Shown here: one piece after another, positions 54,710-64,000 of the stretch | Layout: each line of letters begins with the position of its first letter | Numbering within the stretch: the stretch's first letter is position 1 | Source of the DNA: Dendrobates tinctorius | Lineage: Eukaryota | Reading direction: 5' to 3' | Length of the DNA: 64,000 bases | NCBI RefSeq assembly: GCF_039654945.1 | Contig: NW_027361753.1 | Location: 558,001 to 622,000, forward strand | The notes under the pieces: model-generated | Seen by the model: only the letters and a program-made list of their open reading frames with translations | Told to the model about the DNA's origin: nothing | Database searches by the model: none | Position numbers and translations under genes: made by a program

Positions 54710-54955
54710 AGTCTTTGTCTATCTACAGGACGTGGAGGTGGGTCGTTGTCTCTCTACAGAAAGTAGAGGTGGATCTTTGTTTTCCTACAGGAAGTGGGGA
54801 CACATTTTTGTCCCTACAGGAAGTGTTGATGGATCTTTGCCTTTACAGGAAGTGGGGGCAGTTCTTTATCTCTCTACCGGAAGTAGGATGGATATTTATC
54901 TCTACCGGAAGTTGAGGTGTGGTTTTGTCTCTCTACATCAAGTGGAGGTGGGAAG
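54710..54955 (-). repeat. Degenerate copies of the 30/31-bp satellite in reverse orientation
   Basis: TCTCTACAGGAAGTGGGG-type units, the reverse complement of CCCCACTTCCTGTAGAGA. Confidence 0.75.
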
Positions 54956-55177
54956 TGAGGGAAAGGAATTTCTAGCACATATAATGCTGGAAGAATGCAG
55001 ATAAAGAGATATAAACCACTTAGAAAGCGTGCATGGCAAATTAGAGAGAAGGAGAATATGGACAGTTCCAGTTCCTGGGCACATTAGACTGGTTTGTGTA
55101 CCAAAAGCAGTTTAATATTTAGAAAGTATTTGTTAAAATATTATGGGTCACTACTAGCATGAATAGAGATTTTAAAG

Positions 55178-55516
55178 TTAAAAAGGCTGTCCACTACTTT
55201 TACATTGATGACCCATCCTTAGGATAGGTCATCAATGTCTAATCAGCCAGGGTCCGACACTCTGCTGTTGCGACCTCTGCAGGGTACTACACATCCGCCT
55301 CCTATTGACTTGTATAGTAGGTGAATGTTCAGTACCAAGCCTTGCCCACTACAAGTAGACGGAGCAGCTCAGCAAGTGGGTACTTCCGGCCGGCGCCGGT
55401 GACACTGATATCAACTGACCGGCGGGGGTGCCGGGTGTTGGACTCGAGACGATCAGACATTGATGACCTATCCTATGGATAACCTAAGGATAGATCATAA
55501 ATGTAAAAGTAGTGGA
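55178..55516. mobile_element. T2/Kolobok-type MITE (right terminus eroded)
   Basis: TCCACTACTTTTACATTGATGACC...AGGATAGGTCATCAATGTCT and its inverted counterpart at 55455-55516. Confidence 0.7.
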
Positions 55517-57116
55517 TTTATGGAAGTTCTTACATATAGCATATTGGTCTGTAACATGCGGTACTTCAGGTGCTGCAAACTACAACTTTCAGCATGCTCC
55601 GACCACCATACGCTGACATGCTGAGTGCTGTGGTTTTACAACAGCTGGAGAACCATAGGTTGGAGGCCGCTGCTACTGGGGTTGTCATAATAACCCCCCT
55701 TCGATAACAGTGGCCTCCAACTTGTGATTCTTCAGCTGTTGTAAATTGTAAACCTAGAACACCCAGCTTTCCTGCCTGATATCAAAAAGAGCACTTTATG
55801 AGTCCAGGTCCAGCTGGACTCATAAAATTCTCATCAATATTATACAGCCATTCAGAAATTAATTTTCACAGTAAGTACACCAATCTAATCAGGTCTAAGA
55901 TATAAGTTTAATAATGTATGCAATTTGTTTTGTGAAATCTAGTGACCGATCCAAATTACTATTTGACTCTGATTGACAATTCAATGTAGGAGACTTATTT
56001 CTACAATATATCTCTACAATATATAAGCTTTGCACAAGTTTTCAGACTGGAATATTTCACAGCCAGACCGCAGAGATTTCAATAATGGTGAGAATCTGAA
56101 TATCATGTTATTTAAAAAAAAAATGTTATTTAAAAAAAAGGGGTCCCAGCGGACAATGGCTGGGACCCCTTTTAATCAGCTTCAATCTGGCAATAAATGA
56201 TCAATTTACTTGCAGCACCTCCGCAGTGGAGAAGTAGTACTACACCTGTGGCTAATCTAGGTAATGCAGGAGGACAGATCCCCCAGAGGGTTAAGGATAC
56301 TGAACAGATGACTCCCCTATTAACTCAAAATTTCCATATTCCACAGGGTATATGGAATTTTTTTTTAACTCCCTTAAACCGAAAAGCCCCTTTAATAAGA
56401 ATGTGTCTGGGATGACGTTGACTAATTTCGGGAGGGATAAAAGTCCTATTGTAGACCGGGAGGAACAATACATAGAATTACATATGGATTAATGTGGCAC
56501 AGACAGACTAGATAAAAGCCGGGAAGAGGCTACTGAGCTGTCTGGCTGCAGGCTGTATGGAAAATATAGGTCTCTGGTCTGGGGCGGCGATGATGCCTCA
56601 TCTTTACAGAGCGGAGCGGTCCTGGGACGGAGGAGCAGGGCGTACAGTGCACTGATTTACACGGCTTCATCTGGGTTCTCTATAAACACTAAGTGCTTCA
56701 TGAATGGAATGATTCATATTGTAATTGAGTGAGTGGCGGCAGCGCGGTGTCTTTGCAGCGAGCGCGAGGCCTGACATACCGGATTGTTGTGTCATCACAG
56801 CGTCGTAACCAGATCTCCGAAGCTCTTCATACAAATTGCCCTGAGTTGCTCATTAGCGAGTATTACTAGTCTAGGTGTGTGTTATTTATCCCTCTCTTTA
56901 CAGACATCGGGGCGAGCAACTGCGTAATACCTATTCTTTACCCATCCCGTCTTGTCTGCCGCATGACTTATGACCTTTTTAGGAATTCTATGGGATAATT
57001 GTCTGAGCACTGGAGAGGAGCGAGGCTTCAGAAATTAGAATTCGCCCAATTCTCCAAATTTTCCCAGGAAATTCAAATAACTTCAAATTGATTCGCTGTC
57101 AATCAAAACAGCTCCA

Positions 57117-57615
57117 AAGCATTCCCAGTCTCGGCTTTTTTTTACTGTGAATTGTGACATACTTCCACTAACCACATTTACCACAGAGTGCCTGCTGCAT
57201 TCCCAGCCCATGCCTTTTTACTGTGAATTGTGATGTCCCCCCACTATCCAGATTCACCACAAAGTGGCTGCTGCATTCCCAATCCCTGCTTTTTTTTTTA
57301 CTGTGAATTGTGATGTCCCCCCACTATCCAGATTCACCACAAAGTGGCTGCTGCATTCCCAATCCTTGCTTTTTTTTTTTACTGTGAATTGTGATGTCCC
57401 CCCACTATCCAGATTCACCACAAAGTGGCTGCTGCATTCCCAATCCATGCTTTTTTTTTACTGTGAATTGTGACGTCCTCCCATTATCCAGATTCACCAC
57501 AAAGTGGCTCCTGCATTCCCAGCCACTGCTTTTTTTTTACTATGTATTGTGACATCAACCCACTATCCAAATTCCCCACAAAGTGGCTACTGCATTCCAA
57601 ATCATTGCTTTTTTA
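57117..57615. repeat. ~80-bp tandem repeat, ~6 copies, probably internal to a degenerate hAT element (~57010-57873)
   Basis: CTGCATTCCC recurs at ~57195, 57271, 57351, 57433, 57512 and 57590. Confidence 0.88.
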
Positions 57616-58289
57616 CAGGCTATTATAGTCCCTCCTGATTGGCTGAGTTATACCATACGATATGACAGCTGTAAGGCGTTGTGGGGAAGTCACCCCGAGG
57701 TCTTGTGATTCTTCTCTGGCTGATGCAATTTTTTGGGAATGTGTAAAATAGCAATGGCAATTTTACGCAATAACTGTGAAGTAAGCCATAAATTGTTCAA
57801 ATTCACTGGTTCTCATTTACTAAAAAAATTACCAAAATTAAATTTGCTTTGAATCAATTCATTAATTTCTACTAGGCACAGAACTGCTTGGAAATGTTGG
57901 TAAAATTGCGACTGCAAATTGTTGCAGTCTTTTGTAACCATTACAAAAATGTTTACGATCCCCAACTGATTTAGTGACTTTTTCCTTATGCAAAAACATT
58001 GACAATTTGTAGAAATCTGTGCAGACTGCCACAGATGCTGAATGAGCTGAGCATGATGCCTGTCTGGGAAGAGTTAGGCTGGTTTCACATTTGCATTCAG
58101 GAGGGCTGTGGATGGCTGCCTTCTTCCTCCTTTCTTCCTCCCTGAAGCTCCGCCTACTTTTGGATGCGTCCTGCGTTTCCCTGCGTACCTATCTTTAACA
58201 ATGGGTATGCAGGGACATACATTGTATGCGGATGCGTCCGCATGCGGCGTCTTGACGTGTGCGACGACCACATGGAAACGCAACATTTC

Positions 58290-58929
58290 GGGTTTGGTGG
58301 TGCGAGACTCATATCTGTGTGAGGCCATAGGGTTATGGCTTATTTACAATCATCATTAGGAAAGGCCAGGTGATGCAAATTTCCCATATTTATAAAAACC
58401 CACCCTCCTGCAATTTTGTGCCAAAAAACAGCAGGCATGGGTTCTTCTAAGCTGCTGCCTAGCTTTCTAAAAAAGGAAAATGGTGGAAGTCCACAATACA
58501 GGAGAAGGATATACGAAGACAGCAAAGCATTTTCAAGTTGTCCTTTCCTCAGTTTGAAATGTAATTAAGAAATGGTCATTACAAGGAACAGTGGAGGTCA
58601 AGATAAGGTCTGGAACACCAAGCAAAATTTCAGTGGGAGCTGCTTGTAGGATTGCTAGAGAGGCAAATCAAAACCCTCGCTTGAGTGCAAAAGACCTTTA
58701 GAAAGATTTAGCAAACTCTGAAGTTGTACTACACTGTTCAGAGACACCTGCACAAACGTGGCCTTCATGGAAGAGTCATCAGAAGAAAACCTCTCCTGCA
58801 TACTCACCATAAAATTCAGCGTCAGAAGTATGCAAAAGAACATCTAAACAAGCCTGATGCATTTAGGAAACAAGTCCTGTGGACCGATGAGGTTAAAATA
58901 GAACTCTTGGGTCACAATGATCAAAGATA
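58290..58929 (+). pseudogene. Tc1 transposase 5' fragment, truncated at the next insertion
   Basis: ...HLHKRGLHGRVIRRKPLL...VLWTDEVKIELLG, ending at a TA immediately followed by another Tc1 TIR. Confidence 0.85.
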
Positions 58930-59661
58930 CAGTGGGGGAAAAAATATTTAGCACTAATTGTGCAAGTTCTCTCACTTAAAAAGATGAGAGAGGCCTGTAA
59001 TTTACATCACAGGGAGACCACAACTATGATAGTCAAAATGAAAAAAACAAATCCAGAAAATCACCTTATCTAATTTGGCAAGATTTATTTTGCAAATTAT
59101 GGTGGAAAATAAGTATTTGGTCACCTAAAAACATGCAAGATTTCTGGCTCTCACAGACTTGTAACTTCTTCTTTAAGAGGCTCCTCTGATCTCCACTCGT
59201 TACCTGTAGTAATGGCGCCTGTTTGCAGTTATCAGTATGAAAGACACCTATCCACAACCTCAAACAGTCACACTCCAAACTCCACTATGGTGAAGACCAA
59301 AGAGCTGTCGCAGGACACCAGAAACAAAATTGTAGCCCTGCACCAGGCTGGGAAGACTGAATCTGCAATAGGCAAGCAGCTTGGTTGATTAAATCAACTG
59401 TGAGAGCAATAATAAGAAAATGGAAGACAGGACCACTGATTATCTCCCTCGATCTGGGGCTCCACACAAGAGCTCAACCGGTGGGGTCAAAATGATCACA
59501 AGAACAGTGAGCAAAAATCCCAGAACCACACGAGGGGATCTAGTGAATGGCCTGCATAGAGCTGGAACCACCGTAACAAAGACTACCATCAGTACCACAC
59601 TACGCCGCCAGGAACTCAGATCCTGCAGTGCCAAACGTGTCACCCTGCTTAAGCCAGTACA
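58930..59661 (+). mobile_element. 5' half of a Tc1 related to the 32009-33614 family, decayed
   Basis: TA then CAGTGGGGGAAAAAATATTTAG; ATG at 59287 ([27 protein letters not shown]), followed by stops and frameshifts. Confidence 0.9.
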
Positions 59662-59838
59662 TTATAAACCAATATACCAGACCAGCACCCACAAGAAATA
59701 ATAGATAAATAGGGGTGCACAAATACATGGAAGAGCCAACGTGCAAAGTGTATAGAAAATCAAAAAAGAAAAATGCACAGCTCATACAAAAATACAAAAT
59801 TTATTGAAAACAAATAGGACATAATATACAAAAACATA

Positions 59839-61467
59839 CAGTACAGACCAAAAGTTTGGACACACCTTGTCATTCAAAGTGTTTTCTTTATTTTCATGAC
59901 TATGAAAATTGTAGATTCACTCTGAAGACATCAAAACTATGAATTAACACATGTGGAATTATATAATTAACAAAAAAGTGTGAAACAACTGAAAATATGT
60001 CTTATATTCTAGGTTCTTCAAAGTAGCCACCTTTTGCTTTGATTACTGCTTTGCACACTCTTGGCATTCTCTTGATGAGCTTCAAGAGGTTGTCACCGGA
60101 AATGGTTTTCACTTCACAGGTGTGCCCTGTCAGGTTTAATAAGTGGGATTTCTTGCCTTATAAATGGGGTTGGGACCATCAGTTGTGTTGTGCAGAAGTC
60201 TGGTGGATACACAGCTGATAGTCCTACTGAATACACTGTTAGAATTTGTATTATGGCAAGAAAAAAGCAGCTAAGTAAAGAAAAACGAGTGGCCATCATT
60301 ACTTTAAGAAATGAAGGTCAGTCAGTCCGAAAAATTGGGAAAACTTTAAATGTGTCCCCAAGTGCAGTGGCAAAAACCATCAAGTGCTACAAAGAAACTG
60401 GCTCACATGAGGACCGCCCCAGGAAAGGAAGACCAAGAGTCACCTCTGCTGCGGAGGATAAGTTCATCCGAGTCACCAGCCTCAGAAATTGCAGGTTAAC
60501 AGCAGCTCAGATTAGAGACCAGGTCAACACCACACAGAGTTCTAGCAGCAGACACATCTCTACAACAAATGTTAAGAGGAGACTTTGTGCAGCAGGCCTT
60601 CATGGTAAAATAGCTGCTAGGAAACCACTGCTAAGGACAGGCAACAAGCAGAAGAGACTTGTTTGGGCTAAAGTACACAAGGAATGGACATTAGACCAGT
60701 GGAAATCTGTGCTTTGGTCTGATGAGTCCAAATTTGAGAGCTTTGGTTCCAACCACGGTGTCTTTCTGCAACACAGAAAAGGTGAACGGATGGACTCTAC
60801 ATGCCTGGTTCCCACCGTGAAGCATGGAGGAGGAGGTGATGATGTGATGGTGTGCTTTGCTGGTGACACTGTTGGGGATTTATTCAAAATTGAAGGCATA
60901 CTGAACCAGCATGGCTACCACAGCATCTTGCAGCGGCATGCTATACCATCCGGTTTGCGTTTAGCTGGACTATCATTTATTTTTCAACAAGACAATGACC
61001 CCAAACACACCTCCAGGCTTTGTAAGGGCTATTTGACCAAGAAGGAGAGTGATGGGGTGCTATGCCAGATGACCTGGCCTCCACAGTCACCAGACCTGAA
61101 CCCAATCGAGATGGTTTGGGGTGAGCTGGACCGCAGAGTGAAGGCAAAAGGGCCAACAAGTGCTAAGCATCTCTGGGAACTCCTTCAAGACTGTTGGAAG
61201 ACCATTTCCGGTGACTACGTCTTGAAGCTCATCAAGAGAATGCCAAGAGTGTGCAAAGCAGTAGTCAAAGCAAACTATTGCTATTTTTAAGAACCTCGAA
61301 TACAAGACATATTTCAGTTGTTTCACACTTTTTTGCTAATTATATAATTCCACATGTGGTAATTCATAGTTTTGATGCCTTCAGAGTGAATCTACAATTT
61401 TCATAGTCATGAAAATAAAGAAAACTCTTTGAATGAGAAGGTGTGTCCAAACTTTTGGTCTGTACTG
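59839..61467 (+). mobile_element. Full-length Tc1-like transposon, DD38E (Intruder-type), with ~270-bp TIRs
   Basis: TA at 59837-38 and 61468-69; TIR CAGTACAGACCAAAAGTTTGGACACACC. Confidence 0.95.
60253..61290 (+). pseudogene. DD38E transposase, near full-length but damaged
   Basis: [19 protein letters not shown]...SPDLNPIE with a 38-residue spacing. The VMVWG motif is corrupted (GGGGDDVMVCF) and a TAA ends the ORF 5 codons early. Confidence 0.85.
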
Positions 61468-61876
61468 TATAATAAAAACAAGGATGACAGTGGTACAGAC
61501 AACTAGGAAGAGCCACGGCTAAAAAATAGCCAAACCATTCAGGACAGGTATATAATTGTCAATAGGGTCTGCTTGAAAAAGTGCAAATGCATTGGGCTGA
61601 CAAGAAAAACTATATAAATAGTAAGTATATAGTGTTATCCTTATCAATCAACACTGAGGTTGCAACAAAAGGTCCCAAAAGGGTAAATCATCATAAAGGA
61701 GAGCAAGCAAGACAAGAGTATGGTCCTAATTTGTAAGGACAGTGGCAGCAAATTCAGGACTTTGTCCAGCTAAAGCAGTGAAAAGTTGTCTGGCCTGAGA
61801 CCTGGAGTGCGGCTTTGATAGTTATGTTCTGTGATTTGGCTGGCTGAACAGGCACATGATCAAAGGGATGGGTTTT

Positions 61877-62736
61877 CAGAAGCATAACTATAATAGATTC
61901 AGGGGTTGCATTTTCTTCTGGGTCCTTGAGCCTTTGGGGCTCATATGATCTTTTTGGCAGCCCCCTTGAATAAGCCCACGCGAAACGCGCATAGGGGCTA
62001 TACCAGCTCATTTGAGTGGGACTATTATGGGTAAGAACCTAGATTAGGTGATTTAAAGCTTTTGGCAGCGCATGTATGTTAATGGGGGCAGTGGGACATC
62101 CACTATCTACTTTGGAATACTGGTGATTATTAAATCTATATTTGATTAAACCATATTGTATGCCCCTTAACAACATTATGTGGCATTTTTTGAACTGCTG
62201 GAAGCATTCGCACATCATTAAAGGAAAATTTTGTTAACAGTTTTATGAATTTACCTTCTAGTGTTTGCTTCCCATATCCACTTTACTTTTTTATAGATGA
62301 GTTGTTGTTTTGCTCTTACTATGCTCTCTTTTGTCACCTAGTTCATAGTTTTGTACCGGATGTTTTAGTCTCTTGTGATTTATGTATTTTTGTATAAATA
62401 AATTGTGACATTTCTATTGGACTACTACTACATTTTTTTTTCTGTTGTTTCTCATTGCATACATGGAGTGTCCTTAATATATTGGGCCAGCCTAGACTTT
62501 ATGTCTTAGTGGCGTTCCCAATTTTATGGTCAGCGTTACTATATTTTCTGCTTTAGTGTTATTGTTCTCTATAATAGGTGCAGGCGGTTCATTTTCTTCT
62601 GGGTCCTTGAACCTTTGGGGCCGATATGGTATTTTTGGCCCATATGAAAAGATGAATACTTTTAAAGATCTGTGATAGTTGGGGGCCCTGTTGGAATTTT
62701 TCCATTGGGGCCCACAAGTATAAAGTTACACCACTG
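61877..62736. mobile_element. Degenerate hAT-type MITE interrupted by a ~610-bp Penelope-like insert
   Basis: Ends CAGAAGCATAACT / AGTTACACCACTG with GGGCCC subterminal motifs; ~70-bp internal duplication 61888-61958 vs 62569-62639. Confidence 0.5.
61959..61999 (+). ncRNA. Degenerate minimal type-I hammerhead ribozyme motif (Penelope-like element associated)
   Basis: AGCCCC(C)-TTGAATA-A-GCCCACGC-GAAA-CGCGCA-TA-GGGGCT gives helix I, the core, a short helix II, GAAA, a near-palindromic helix III and UH. Two core/helix mismatches. Confidence 0.5.
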
Positions 62737-64000
62737 ATGGGCTCTTAGAAGAGTGAGTAAATTTGCAGGACCAAAGTTAGCATTCCATGGCCACTTGACA
62801 AGAGCTCTGTGAACCTCTTCCTATTGGATACCGGTGCACAAGAGGAACAGGGAACTCCAGCAGGTAGGAGGACTTTTACAGGGCTCCCGTCCAGTGGCTA
62901 CGGAATACTGACAAAGGTCCCCCAAGTCGATTGAATTATGAGATGACATTAGAATATGGCATGTTTCGAAAAGCAAGGAAAGCCTGGAAGTAACACACAT
63001 CTGAGGAAACTAAGGAGCAAACATGGACCACAAAAAGTTATAACTTTTGCATCCATGGTTCAAACAAAATCTCCACAAAGTGCACTGCAACCAACAAGTT
63101 GCCTTACCTACGGGAGATCTGTAACCATCAAGCCTGTTCTCTTAGTATCTGTGATGCTCTTCAGCTTTACTGATCTTCTTCTCTGTGACAAATAGTCACG
63201 TCTAACATGGAGTAGAGATAAACTGCTGATTATTTCCCAGGGCAATGAATAGGGTTGTGTAAGTTGCTTTGTATACATCATACACGCAGAAGGTGCCGGG
63301 AAAAACAAGACCTCCTGGACTCCAAGAAGAGATGTCAAGTCTCATTGGTGGAGCCTAAACCTCCCCATGTGACAAGCATTGACATAAATTGAGGGGGCAG
63401 GGATGGGGTGAAAATCAGGGTGGCAAAAATGGCATTTACTGTACAACAATATACAAAAGCTGCAAAACATGATATAAAAAGTAAAAAAAAATACATAAAA
63501 TTAACTAAATAAAAAAAAGAGAAAAGAATTGTGCAGATATTTATTTTTCTATTGCTTTTTTTTATATAGTTTTTGCTCTGTGTAAAGCATAACGTGGAGG
63601 AAAGTCAAAGCTGATCTAGATTGTTAAAATGCAAAATGGCCCACAGTGTATATATAATGTGCGTTTCCCCTCCCCCGGCGCCGTAGACAGACGGTGTGAC
63701 GGCATCAGTATTGTACGGTTATTTCTACACAGACTCACATTTAATGAATGCCCTGTATACAGTTATTGTCTCCTCTCTGCATACGAGTGCTCTCGGCTCT
63801 TTCATGTCTCTTCCTCGCATACTCCCTGCATTTTATAGTGTTTTTCTTAATTAAATTTCTAAAGTATAAGTTTATGGGAAGACAATAAAGATAATGGGAC
63901 AAAGTCCATTTGTTTTCTTCGCTGCTCTTCACGCTCGTATAAGATGTAAGATCAGATGTGTTGTATATTTTTGGCAAGAGATGGAAAAAAAAAAAAAAGG

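Noticed and set aside
55795-56172. Perfect short hairpins (TTTATGAGTCCAG...CTGGACTCATAAA; GGGGTCCCAGC...GCTGGGACCCC)
   Set aside because: Too short for pre-miRNAs and lying among decayed MITE sequence; not terminators in a eukaryote.
43300-64000. Exons of a downstream neighbour gene (CTIF is adjacent to SMAD7 in mammals)
   Set aside because: No ORF or exon with recognisable similarity was seen in the window.

Overview
Vertebrate genomic DNA, almost certainly anuran (frog), judged from the SMAD7 sequence and the T2/Kolobok, hAT and Harbinger MITE, CR1 and Tc1 repertoire. The only host coding sequence is the last exon of SMAD7 (MH2 domain, 18781-19319, +). Everything upstream is read as its last intron, and a TE-expanded ~3.4 kb 3'UTR with conserved miRNA seed sites follows. 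The rest is repeat-dense: five full-length Tc1-type elements (DD34E x3, DD35E, DD38E; three with uninterrupted ORFs), nested Tc1 fragments, two head-to-head CR1 LINE relics, many MITEs and at least seven minisatellite arrays. The most striking observation is at 30.5-35.9 kb. One minisatellite contains the empty TA target (21-bp monomer), the Tc1-filled target and dozens of amplified monomers carrying the exact Tc1 excision footprint (TA-CTG-TA, 26 bp = 21+5). An inversion in the same array is bounded by a footprint and a Tc1 end. Together these suggest transposon-excision-coupled satellite expansion. Also notable are nested palindromic MITEs in the SMAD7 3'UTR, a ~185-copy ETS+GATA motif satellite, and a degenerate hammerhead-ribozyme/Penelope-like insert with a ~70-bp target duplication. 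All coordinates were read by eye and may be off by a few bases.
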